A DNA stretch of 64,000 nt from Candidatus Bathyarchaeota archaeon (GTDB lineage Archaea > Thermoproteota > Bathyarchaeia > 40CM-2-53-6 > CAVXDP01): positions 574 to 64,573 of the forward strand of contig CAVXDP010000011.1 in assembly GCA_963760485.1 (NCBI GenBank), read 5' to 3'. Below the pieces are notes generated by a model. That model had not been told where the DNA came from. It saw nothing but the letters and a program-made list of their open reading frames with translations, and did no database searches. Position 1 is the first letter of the stretch, and each line of letters begins with the position of its first letter. Of the stretch, positions 32,399-41,629 are shown piece by piece. A program made the position numbers and the translations under genes.

Positions 32399-33454
32399 CT
32401 AGCGCGCCTTAGGCTTCAGATAGTCCGTACCTTTAGCCTCTATTGACCCTATCACTATCCTGTGGTAGACATCTCCATTTCTCTTGTCATACACTCTCTC
32501 TAGCTTTCCTCGAGCCTGAACCCTTTCGCCAAGGGACGCTATATCACAGTAGAACCCCTCGTAAGTCGCTATCTCTTTGATGTCAGCTACAGATGGCCCG
32601 TTGAGGATTCGTACTGAACCAATGCGATAGGTACCTGGCATGAACACTGATTCTCTTGCATCATCTATGATTGCTTCTGCATCAACAATGCCCTCTGGCG
32701 AGTAGATTCTGTCACCATACGTTTCGCCTATTTCTGTTTCAACCCTCCCAGGGTGGATTGAGAAGTCGGTTCCTTCAAAGATTCCTCGATTCCAGTGTCT
32801 ACGATATATCCGCTCAACTTCTGAGCGGTCTAATGGATACAACCACGCCCTCGATGTCACCCATTTCTTGACAGCGGCTTCATCAAATGAACGAAGGCTC
32901 GGGTTGCCGCTGTGCAGCATATCTAGAACCGCCGTCTTGACCTTCAGACTATTCTCTTTTCCGTAAACCGTCAAGTCGATATCTGAGAACGCCGGATTGT
33001 GAATATCTACTAATATTGAGCCTGTTATCCCAAATTGTTTCGGATCGACACGACTCTGTTTGGAAACCGTTTCCAAAAGGCGTACCGCTTTTCTTTCAAG
33101 GGGATCGAGATGTTCAGCCCCAAGTAGATCTGATAGTCTAGACTCGGGGCAGTAGTGGACTCGAATACTATACAAAGGGACTGCAGATATGAGGAGATGT
33201 TGCGTTTCTGAGTTGTATAAGTACTGAGGATAGAACTCTTCCAGATAGTCGAAAGTTCCTTTGACATGTAAGGTCGAGTAGTACTTGAGTGCTCGATCGT
33301 ATCTTCTTGTTTCGAATCCCCAGGCACCTTTACGATTAGGTACATACTTGAGGTATGCTAGTACTCTGTCGACAGGATGAACGTCGCCAACCACAGTGAA
33401 AAGGAGGCCTTCGACAGTTTCTATGTAATCTCTATTTCTGTATCCCCTTTTCAT
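32399..33454 (-). CDS. uncharacterised protein with conserved N-terminal domain plus Pol-beta-type nucleotidyltransferase motif (paralog 1)
   Basis: 351-aa protein. It carries GITGSILVDIHNPAFSDIDLTVYG, a GS-x(n)-DxD NTase signature. It shares the N-terminal motif DYIETVEGLLFTVVGDVHPVDRVLAYLKYVP and C-terminal blocks with 34237..35259. Confidence 0.5.
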   Translation of the reverse strand: MKRGYRNRDYIETVEGLLFTVVGDVHPVDRVLAYLKYVPNRKGAWGFETRRYDRALKYYSTLHVKGTFDYLEEFYPQYLYNSETQHLLISAVPLYSIRVHYCPESRLSDLLGAEHLDPLERKAVRLLETVSKQSRVDPKQFGITGSILVDIHNPAFSDIDLTVYGKENSLKVKTAVLDMLHSGNPSLRSFDEAAVKKWVTSRAWLYPLDRSEVERIYRRHWNRGIFEGTDFSIHPGRVETEIGETYGDRIYSPEGIVDAEAIIDDARESVFMPGTYRIGSVRILNGPSVADIKEIATYEGFYCDIASLGERVQARGKLERVYDKRNGDVYHRIVIGSIEAKGTDYLKPKAR

Positions 33455-33614
33455 AGGATTCCCTTACCTCAAGCAACTTGAGAGCCGGAATACAAAAGAT
33501 TCCCCCTTGACATTAGAATATCGACTTCAAATGAAAGAACATTATCATATGAATCCCATGTAAGATATTGGGAGCGTTATGAGATCACAAGATTCCACGG
33601 GTGGACCATAATAA

Positions 33615-34166
33615 ATGAAAGTGCTTGGAGTCATCGGTAGCCCCAGGAGAGATGGGAACACCTCTATCCTGATAGACGAAGTGCTCAGAGGCGCCAAAGA
33701 TGTTGGCGCTATTGTGCAGAAGATCTTCTTGAATGATCTTGATATCAAACCCTGCCAGTCTACATGCAGTGCAAACTGCAAGAAGACGGGGAACTGTACA
33801 ATAGACGATGACATGTCACCTCTTTACGACGAACTTTACGATAGTAATGTCATAATCCTCGGCACACCGGTCTACTGGTACGGCCCATCCGCTCAACTGA
33901 AAGCCTTCATTGATCGATGGTTCGCATTCTCACATCCAGAGTTCATCAACAGAATGACTGGAAAAAAGATGATCTTAGTCGCTCCATTCGAGGAGACTGA
34001 CATTTCCGCATCCGATGCCCTAGTTGAAATGATTAGTAGATCTGCGAAGTATCTGAAAATGGAGTTACTAAGAACACTGCTCGTTACCGCCGGAGAGAAA
34101 GGTGCCGTAAGAAACAACAAGGAGGCAATGACTCAGGCATACAGAATGGGACTAGATTTGAAGTAG
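33615..34166 (+). CDS. flavodoxin-like NADPH-dependent FMN reductase / iron-sulfur flavoprotein (Isf)-like
   Basis: 183-aa protein. The N-terminus VLGVIGSPRRDGNT is an FMN-reductase motif. A compact Cys cluster CQSTCSANCKKTGNC resembles the Isf Fe-S motif. Confidence 0.55.
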   Translation: MKVLGVIGSPRRDGNTSILIDEVLRGAKDVGAIVQKIFLNDLDIKPCQSTCSANCKKTGNCTIDDDMSPLYDELYDSNVIILGTPVYWYGPSAQLKAFIDRWFAFSHPEFINRMTGKKMILVAPFEETDISASDALVEMISRSAKYLKMELLRTLLVTAGEKGAVRNNKEAMTQAYRMGLDLK

Positions 34167-34236
34167 CGACGAGGTAGGAGTCTCACATGCAATTGTACGA
34201 TACATCAACCACTCAGATACGAATACGCCAGAGAAA

Positions 34237-35259
34237 TCAACTGAACACTATGAAGTCGAGCGAGGATTCCCCTACAACCAACTGGTAATACTCGTCATTC
34301 TTTGTTGAAACGTGTTCCAGATCACCATACGCAGTTATTCTCTCTCCCGTCTTAGCCTGTTCACAGAAACGTCCCCGAAAAGACAGGATCTGCTTGGGTG
34401 CTGGATCACTACGGTCAATCACAGATACTTTCTCAACTTCGTATGTACAAGGAGTAAATATTGATTCAGAATCATCAGATACAATAGCCGAGATCTTCTT
34501 TCTTCCAAGCCTCTGACACGTAAAGCTTCCATACGGTTCTCGAATCTCATCCCAGTCTCTGATGCATCTGACGAAGTAATCGCGGCCTTTGAAATTTCCT
34601 TGAAGAACCTTTCTGCGTTCATGAGTACAGAAATCATCGAACTTCATCGCTCTCTCCATAGATCTTGACTTGAACAGTCGGCCTAGGTCATCTATATCAT
34701 AGGCCTCGAACATATCCCCCGACGACATGGCATTTCTTAAAGCTTGATAGACTCTCCTTGAATTGCCTACTCCATAAATCATGATGTCCACGTCTGACTC
34801 TGGCTCCTGCAAACCGACCAATACTGATCCAGAAATGCCGACACTTGTTGTCCTGACTCCCGCGACATCTATCAATCTTCGAGCCAATTGAATAGCGTCC
34901 CGTTCAACCTCATCGTTCGATGGCTCACTGAGTCTTCTTCTAGGATCGTAGTGTGAGTGCACATTTTCCAACGGCACTGCTTGAAGTTCTCTGCCGAAGT
35001 AATCGTCGAAGTGTATGTATCCTGGAAAATATCTTCGCAGGAAATTCCATCTCTGTTCTAGATCGTAGATCTTTTTGTATCTCACACCCCTGCGTTCTCT
35101 GTCCCCATCGGGGGAAGGAACGTACCGAAGAAAGGATATGATTCGATCAACGGGATGAATAAGCCCCTTCACGTCAAAGATAAGACCTTCAATGGTTTCG
35201 ATGAAATCACCTTCCCTGCCTCTCGTCAAACCCGTTGTCAAATTGTTATCCCCACGCAT
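34237..35259 (-). CDS. uncharacterised protein with conserved N-terminal domain plus Pol-beta-type nucleotidyltransferase motif (paralog 2)
   Basis: 340-aa protein. It carries GISGSVLVGLQEPESDVDIMIYG. It shares the N-terminal motif DFIETIEGLIFDVKGLIHPVDRIISFLRYVP and the C-terminal blocks IFTPCTYEV / FRGRFCEQAKTGERITAYGDLEHV with the 32399..33454 protein. Confidence 0.5.
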   Translation of the reverse strand: MRGDNNLTTGLTRGREGDFIETIEGLIFDVKGLIHPVDRIISFLRYVPSPDGDRERRGVRYKKIYDLEQRWNFLRRYFPGYIHFDDYFGRELQAVPLENVHSHYDPRRRLSEPSNDEVERDAIQLARRLIDVAGVRTTSVGISGSVLVGLQEPESDVDIMIYGVGNSRRVYQALRNAMSSGDMFEAYDIDDLGRLFKSRSMERAMKFDDFCTHERRKVLQGNFKGRDYFVRCIRDWDEIREPYGSFTCQRLGRKKISAIVSDDSESIFTPCTYEVEKVSVIDRSDPAPKQILSFRGRFCEQAKTGERITAYGDLEHVSTKNDEYYQLVVGESSLDFIVFS

Positions 35260-35315
35260 TTTGAATGATCAACGCGCTTATCTACTTGTAGAACGTGTTC
35301 AACACCTGACCTCTC

Positions 35316-35975
35316 ATGTCACTTTCTAGCCTCGGTTATCGGAAGGGGTCAATTTACGAGGTCATAGTAACCACATTCGACGCCCAAAAACGACCTCACG
35401 CTGCGCCCATGGGCGTCACTGTCAGCAAAGCCAGGGAGTTCATTCTACGTCCCTTTGTGGAAACAGAGACTCTGAACACGCTAAAAGTATCCAAATGTGG
35501 AGTCATCAATGTGACCTCAAATCCTTGGAGGTTCTTTAGGACTGCCCTAAAAAATGAAGCATGGGTCGGACCTCCTCCAAGCAGCTGGTTTGAGCACGCC
35601 AAGCAAGTGATGGCTCCTCGCCTAAGGTCATCCGATTCCTACGCTGAGTTCCATGTTATGGACATCTTGTGTCATGGTCCACGCCGCCTGATTAGATGTA
35701 AAGTCGTGCATGTAGATTCCACCAAGAGGGGAATCACGCCTTATTGCCGAAGCACGTCTGCGACAATAGAGAGCATCATTCACGCGACCCGAGTCAAAGA
35801 ACTACTTAAGGAAGGAGACATAAGGGGTGCAAAGAGGCTGATAGATCTCATGAAATATTACGGAGAACTGACTAACAGGGTTTCTCCGAAGTCAGATGAG
35901 GCTAAAATAATTCGCTGCTTGCTTAGGCACATGGGAGGGCTCATGACCGTCAGTCCGCAACCAAGACGCTCGTGA
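35316..35975 (+). CDS. DUF447-family protein (FMN-binding split-barrel-like; H4MPT-cluster associated)
   Basis: 219-aa protein. The N-terminus IYEVIVTTFDAQKRPHAAPMGV is typical of DUF447. It is encoded divergently from NTase paralog 2. Confidence 0.45.
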   Translation: MSLSSLGYRKGSIYEVIVTTFDAQKRPHAAPMGVTVSKAREFILRPFVETETLNTLKVSKCGVINVTSNPWRFFRTALKNEAWVGPPPSSWFEHAKQVMAPRLRSSDSYAEFHVMDILCHGPRRLIRCKVVHVDSTKRGITPYCRSTSATIESIIHATRVKELLKEGDIRGAKRLIDLMKYYGELTNRVSPKSDEAKIIRCLLRHMGGLMTVSPQPRRS

Positions 35976-37734
35976 TACTCAACTTGTTCACGTCTACTAG
36001 ACCTTTGTCAGTGATTCTTAGCTCTGGAAGAACGGCCAATGACATGAAAGATAAGACAGAGAACGGTTCGTCCAGTTTTGCTCCGAGTTTCTTAGCCGCT
36101 GCATTCAGAGCCTCGGCCTTGTTCGCCACTTCATCCGCCGGCTTGTCAGACATTAGACCCGCTATGGGGAGAGCTAATTTGGCCAGTACGTGACCTGATT
36201 CTACGGCTGTGAGACCTCCGTCCATGTCGGACACAATATTAGCAGCGAACGCCATGTCTCCGCTGCGGACTCCCAAAACGACTATGTTGTGCGCGTCGTG
36301 CGCAACTGTCGACGCTATCGCGCCTTTCTTCATGCCAAAACCTTTGACGAATCCTTTTCCAACGTTTCCGGTCGCTTTATGTCTTTCAACGACTCCAATC
36401 TTGATGATGTCGTTCGCCGGGTCGGACTCAACTATCCCATCTTTCACCCTAATGGTAAGCACGAGTTTCCGGGTGACTGCCCCGCCTTTTGTGACGTCGA
36501 TGATCAGAGCTTTGACTGGCCCGTCGGATACCTCAGATTTGATGTCGAAATCAGGGGCACATAGCTGCTTCCCAACATGAATGGTTTTCTTTGCGTATCC
36601 CGGGTATTCCGGATTGGGAATATTCGCATTAAGAATTCCATCTTCCGCGACAACACGGCCGTTGGCGATCACTTTCTCAGGTTTCATCTCTTTGAGGTTT
36701 TTCATTATGAGTACATCTGCGATTCTACCCGGCGCTATCATACCAACTTCTTTACTCACCTTGAAATGTTCAGCAGTGTTGATTGTTGCCATCTGGATCG
36801 CTCGAATCGGATCAAGCCCCTCCTCGATTGCTCGTCTGACAATATGGTTCATGTGGCCGTTGTTGACAAGATCCATTGCAGTTATGTCATCAGACACAAA
36901 AAGGCAATGTCGATGGTCAACCTTTGTCTTCAAAAGTACCTTAAGCAATTCGTTCATATTCCTCATCGTTGAACCTTCTCTCAGTTCAAGCTTCATGCCA
37001 AGACGAAGATTCTGAAGTGCATAGTCTGCTGTGGTGGCTTCGTGGTTTCCTTCAATTCTACTCGCTACGTATGCATTGAGCTGGGCTTCAGTTAGTTTTG
37101 GTGCGTGGCCTTCAACCGTCCTTCCAGATTTCTCTGTTTCTTCGATTTCCTTCAGTAGTTTCCAGCTCTTTTCAAATACGCCCGGGAAGTTCATGACCTC
37201 TCCAAGTCCGATAACGCCTTTCCAAGTCATTGCCTTCTTCACGTCATTAGCATTGATTGTTGCGCCGGTAGTCTCTAGGCCAGGAGCAGATGGTACACAT
37301 GACGGCATCTCAGCGAAGACTTTGAGTGGAAGATTGCTCGCCTCTCTCAGCATCAATTGGATACCCTTGATACCTAGTACGTTTGCAATTTCATGCGGGT
37401 CCATCATGACAGCTGTTGTTCCTCTTGGAAGTGCTGCTCGAGCAAATTGGGTTATGGTAAGCATCGAGCTCTCGATGTGAACATGTCCATCTATGAATCC
37501 CGGAACCAGATACGATCCCTTGGCATTGATGACTGACGACCTATCACATTGAATCTCTTCAACGTTCCCGACGAATGCTATTCGACCATTCTTTATCGCA
37601 AGTCCTGTGTGCTCAATAATCTCTGCAGTACAGACGTTCACAAGGCGCCCGTCTTTCACTACAAGGTCGGCCTTTCTCCGCCCAAGAGCGACATCAATGA
37701 GACTCTTTACATCATATATGTCCAAAGTGATCAT
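35950..37734 (-). CDS. ade: adenine deaminase (amidohydrolase superfamily)
   Basis: 594-aa protein (…GFIDGHVHIESSMLT…MMDPHEIANVLG…) with full-length Ade-like architecture. Confidence 0.75.
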   Translation of the reverse strand: MITLDIYDVKSLIDVALGRRKADLVVKDGRLVNVCTAEIIEHTGLAIKNGRIAFVGNVEEIQCDRSSVINAKGSYLVPGFIDGHVHIESSMLTITQFARAALPRGTTAVMMDPHEIANVLGIKGIQLMLREASNLPLKVFAEMPSCVPSAPGLETTGATINANDVKKAMTWKGVIGLGEVMNFPGVFEKSWKLLKEIEETEKSGRTVEGHAPKLTEAQLNAYVASRIEGNHEATTADYALQNLRLGMKLELREGSTMRNMNELLKVLLKTKVDHRHCLFVSDDITAMDLVNNGHMNHIVRRAIEEGLDPIRAIQMATINTAEHFKVSKEVGMIAPGRIADVLIMKNLKEMKPEKVIANGRVVAEDGILNANIPNPEYPGYAKKTIHVGKQLCAPDFDIKSEVSDGPVKALIIDVTKGGAVTRKLVLTIRVKDGIVESDPANDIIKIGVVERHKATGNVGKGFVKGFGMKKGAIASTVAHDAHNIVVLGVRSGDMAFAANIVSDMDGGLTAVESGHVLAKLALPIAGLMSDKPADEVANKAEALNAAAKKLGAKLDEPFSVLSFMSLAVLPELRITDKGLVDVNKLSITSVLVAD

Positions 37735-37903
37735 TCCAAGAAGGCGCAGGAATCTATTTACACCTGAAAATCAAGAAAAGCCTTTTGCAAACAATTTGCT
37801 GTCTAATCCTGCAGGTAACTGAAGTTAGCAAGGCACCAAACGCGGTAATGTCCAGTAAGTCTTGAATATTCCTTCATGAGATCGCATCAGACAAGGATGT
37901 GTA

Positions 37904-38845
37904 TTGACTATTCTAGAAGATGAAATTGCCTCTTGTCTTCAGCTCGCAATGCTACTGGAAACCAGCGCCTATCCGAAACCAGGGAATGTTCACAGAACTA
38001 GAGATTTTTCGGAGACTAGATTTGAGCACTTTCTTGCATCATCCGCTTCACTTGGTTCCACTTACAGATGGGCCGCCCATAGAGGGATATTGATCTCAAA
38101 AGGCATCTTGAACTTGGATGACGCTAGACTTGGGAAAGCCATCCGGCTTGGAGTCGAGAACATGATGCGATGGCAGAAGGGTGGAAACACAAGTCTCGGA
38201 ACCATTCTGCTACTTACCCCTATTGCAACTTCAGCGGCGTTGACGTTGATAAGCGGCAAGTTAGAAATGAAAACACTGCGTGTCAATTTGATCAAATTAC
38301 TACAATCCGCAACCCACATTGATTCATTGGACGTCTACAAAGCAATTTCAAGAGCATCACCTGGTGGAATCGGATCAAGTGATGAACTAGACGTAATGTC
38401 ACCTGAATCACTGGATCATATTGAAAAGAACCATGTCGGACTACTGAGAACTTTCAAGATATCAGCTAGACGCGATTCTATTGCATCTGAGTGGATCAGC
38501 GGCTATAGAACAACTTTCGAGATCGGCTATCCGTACTTCGCACGCGCCCTCGATGACGGCTTGGACATAAACACTGCCACAGTCAATACATTTCTCAAGA
38601 TCCTTTCGACGGTCCCGGACACACTGATAGCACGAAAGGTTGGAATCAAGAAAACACGTTATGTTTCTGCACGAGCCAGGGAATGCCTAAATGCCGGCGG
38701 ACTAGCAACAAGGAAAGGGTTCAGGTTAGTCAATAGACTAGACCAAGACCTGAGAACTCCTAATCACGAACTTAACCCAGGAACAACGGCAGACTTGGTC
38801 TCTGCGGCTCTTGCTCTCGCGCTCCTACAAGGACTTAGGCCCTAG
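37904..38845 (+). CDS. CitG/MdcB-family triphosphoribosyl-dephospho-CoA synthase homolog (H4MPT-biosynthesis associated)
   Basis: 313-aa protein. The N-terminus ETSAYPKPGNVHRTRDF is the CitG signature. Homologs occur in archaeal-type H4MPT gene sets. Confidence 0.6.
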   Translation: MTILEDEIASCLQLAMLLETSAYPKPGNVHRTRDFSETRFEHFLASSASLGSTYRWAAHRGILISKGILNLDDARLGKAIRLGVENMMRWQKGGNTSLGTILLLTPIATSAALTLISGKLEMKTLRVNLIKLLQSATHIDSLDVYKAISRASPGGIGSSDELDVMSPESLDHIEKNHVGLLRTFKISARRDSIASEWISGYRTTFEIGYPYFARALDDGLDINTATVNTFLKILSTVPDTLIARKVGIKKTRYVSARARECLNAGGLATRKGFRLVNRLDQDLRTPNHELNPGTTADLVSAALALALLQGLRP

Positions 38846-39709
38846 AGCCTGTCGTGAAACACGCATGTTTTCATGATTCAATCTTCTCACGATCACGATC
38901 GGAGTATGCTTAACGTTCTGGAGCATTTCCCACGTGACTCGATGCGGATCCACACGAAAGGTTTCACCCATATCCCAAACAGTTCTTCCTGCTCCGGAAC
39001 CCCTAACTTTGTTCGCTACGGCAGAGATCTGCAGAGCTTCATTAGTACCTAGATTCTCTCCAACCACAGCTAGAGGAGTAGACCTTGGAGTCAGTTTCAA
39101 CAATCTTCCAAAGACGTAGGCGAATAGCCCGAAACATCTAACTCCAGAAACAGTTGTACGCCTAACACTCATGTGGAACCCAGAAAGACTATACGTCTTA
39201 TCGGAGTCGACAACCAATACCGTTGTCTTCTTTCCTGTCTCGACATAGAGTCGCTCTTGAATCCTTGTCGCCTCTCTCTTTGGATCATCAAGAGGCAAGG
39301 CAACCAGAGAGAACGGAAGGTTACTTGCATCGATTCCCCCTTCTGATCCGTGCCTCAGAGCCTGAATGAAGCCCGTTTCGTCAATCGCCAATTGCTTGTG
39401 AGCTGCACCTTCTAGAATTGGGTAGTTTCTCAGCCGTGAGATATTCGTTGGGCTCAGATGGCACAGCCGACCCAGAACTCGACCCCAGACAACCCTCATC
39501 CAACCCACTGCAATCAGCTTTGCCAAGAAGCGTGGTTTGATAGGCGCCTCATCAATGACGTGTCCAGTGGCCACTGAAAGCGCCTTCTCAGATACTACCA
39601 AGAAGTCACCTTCATGAATAATCTTGGAAACGTGAACCAATAGATCTTCCATCCATTCATCCATCGGCTTCCAATACGAAGTTTGGACAGCTCTTGCAAT
39701 GTACTTCAA
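38825..39709 (-). CDS. CofE-like (F420-0:gamma-glutamyl ligase family) paralog
   Basis: 294-aa protein. EGDFLVVSEKALSVATGHVI and GGIDASNLP…TTVLVVDSDKTYS parallel the CofE motifs at 15692..16477. Overall divergence from that gene is strong. Confidence 0.5.
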   Translation of the reverse strand: MKYIARAVQTSYWKPMDEWMEDLLVHVSKIIHEGDFLVVSEKALSVATGHVIDEAPIKPRFLAKLIAVGWMRVVWGRVLGRLCHLSPTNISRLRNYPILEGAAHKQLAIDETGFIQALRHGSEGGIDASNLPFSLVALPLDDPKREATRIQERLYVETGKKTTVLVVDSDKTYSLSGFHMSVRRTTVSGVRCFGLFAYVFGRLLKLTPRSTPLAVVGENLGTNEALQISAVANKVRGSGAGRTVWDMGETFRVDPHRVTWEMLQNVKHTPIVIVRRLNHENMRVSRQALGPKSL

Positions 39710-39859
39710 AAGAAATCATCAGCTACTTTCATAATCTTGATTTGCGTGCGCTTTGATCTGTTAGAAATATGTGGGTCATGACAAAAAAGTCTATATCAGG
39801 ACTTGTTCCTTCCGATTGCCACGGGTAGAGATCCACGATACGTCTGGAGCTGATCTAGA

Positions 39860-41629
39860 ATGACTGCCACCAGACATCTCTATCTCTATGGCGGCGCGTT
39901 TCTTGTAGTATTCATCGGAATATTTCCAACCATCATACAGGGATCCCATAGCCTCCTCGACCTTTCTGCTTCATCGCAACTTCTGCAAGATCTGTTTGTG
40001 CTTCCATACTACGTATTTCGATCCCTACTAAGGATGTTTGTAGCATACACGCTGTCCTTGCTCTTTGGAATCACCTACGGAATAGTTGCGGCTACGCGTG
40101 AAAGAGCTTCGCATATCATGATTCCTATTCTCGATATTCTGCAGTCAGTCCCTGTCCTAGGGTTTCTTCCGGCAGCAATTCTGTTCTTCGTGTACAGTTT
40201 TCCGGGGGTATTGGGCCTAGAAGTCGCTTCAATTCTACTCATATTCACGAGCATGGCTTGGGCCGTTGTCTTCGGCGTCATAGCAGGAGTCCATCGAATC
40301 CCAAGAGACATCAAGGAGGCCGCAACAGCCTACGGTGTAAGACGACTAGGATACGTCAAGGAGATTGTACTTCCTGCAATATTCCCAGAACTTGTTTCCG
40401 GAAGCATTCTCGCGTGGGGAGGAGGATGGTATTTCCTGGTTGCCTGCGAGTACATGAATTTTGGAAACCAAAGGTACACATTGCCAGGCCTAGGATTCTA
40501 CTTGGCTAGCGCGGCATATCAAGGAGATATGCCCCGAGCCTTCCTCGGACTGACTGCGATGGTTGTCGTTATCGTATTCATAAATCGCATAGTTTGGCAT
40601 CCGTTAATGGAACAGACAGACAAGTACAAATACGATACAATATCCGCGTCATCTGTGGCCCGTGTTCACGAAATTCGAGTTGTGAAAGCATTTAGAAAAT
40701 ATGAAAACAGGTTGGAGTCGCTTGTGGCCTCATTTGTGGCACATGAACGTGCGTATCTCGTCTCGCGCTTAAAGGCAACTGGAATCTATCCAACAGTACA
40801 TTTGCCGGGTCGCCCGCACTTGCATGACATAGGAATCAAGCGTCCCCATTGGAACCATTTCATCGCCACCATCATCTCAATTGGCATAGTAATGACGATC
40901 GTTTCCATCTTCCTAAGGACGCCCATACCAACACCTAAGATTGCGGTGCAGCAAATTCACCTCCATCCTGAGGCACTCAATCTTCCCTACTATTCTCTTA
41001 GGTCTCTCGCCCGGCTATCCATCGCCTATGCAGTAGCTCTTGGATGGACTCTGGTAGTGGGAATAACGACAGCCAGGAGCCCTAGACTCATGAACATTTT
41101 CACTCCTTTATTCGACCTGGGCCAATCCATTCCGGCAACCGCACTTTTCCCGTTCATAGTCGTGTACGTGATCGATTTCTTTGGAGGATCGTGGTTTGGC
41201 CAAGAGATTGCATCCATTCTTCTGCTGCTTACTGGAATGCAATGGTACTTGCTATTCAACATAATCGGCGCAGTGCACACGATTCCGAATGATGTTACTG
41301 AGGCCGCGAGAGCATTTGGTTACAAAGGCTTTAGGTTTGTTAGAGAGATTATTCTTCCAGCCATTTTTCCAGCAATTATTGTTGGAAGTATGCAGGCTTG
41401 GGGTGGCGGATGGAACGCTTCGATTGTGTCAGAATACATCAACTTCGGTGACAAGATCTACGAGTTGCCAGGTCTGGGATATTTCCTCGATAAAGCTGCA
41501 TGGCAATGGGGAAGCACAACTATGGTGCTTCTCTCCTTGGCGACCATGACAGGCATTATCCTATGCGTTAACAGACTTGTCTGGCGTAGACTAATGGCGA
41601 ATTCGGAGAGGTTCAAGTTTGAGTACTGA
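39860..41629 (+). CDS. ABC transporter permease with two fused tandem transmembrane domains (NitT/TauT-type binding-protein-dependent permease)
   Basis: 589-aa protein with an internally duplicated permease. Both halves contain the EAA-like loop (…DIKEAATAYGVRRLGYVKEIVLPAIFPELVSG… and …DVTEAARAFGYKGFRFVREIILPAIFPAIIVG…). Confidence 0.7.
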   Translation: MTATRHLYLYGGAFLVVFIGIFPTIIQGSHSLLDLSASSQLLQDLFVLPYYVFRSLLRMFVAYTLSLLFGITYGIVAATRERASHIMIPILDILQSVPVLGFLPAAILFFVYSFPGVLGLEVASILLIFTSMAWAVVFGVIAGVHRIPRDIKEAATAYGVRRLGYVKEIVLPAIFPELVSGSILAWGGGWYFLVACEYMNFGNQRYTLPGLGFYLASAAYQGDMPRAFLGLTAMVVVIVFINRIVWHPLMEQTDKYKYDTISASSVARVHEIRVVKAFRKYENRLESLVASFVAHERAYLVSRLKATGIYPTVHLPGRPHLHDIGIKRPHWNHFIATIISIGIVMTIVSIFLRTPIPTPKIAVQQIHLHPEALNLPYYSLRSLARLSIAYAVALGWTLVVGITTARSPRLMNIFTPLFDLGQSIPATALFPFIVVYVIDFFGGSWFGQEIASILLLLTGMQWYLLFNIIGAVHTIPNDVTEAARAFGYKGFRFVREIILPAIFPAIIVGSMQAWGGGWNASIVSEYINFGDKIYELPGLGYFLDKAAWQWGSTTMVLLSLATMTGIILCVNRLVWRRLMANSERFKFEY

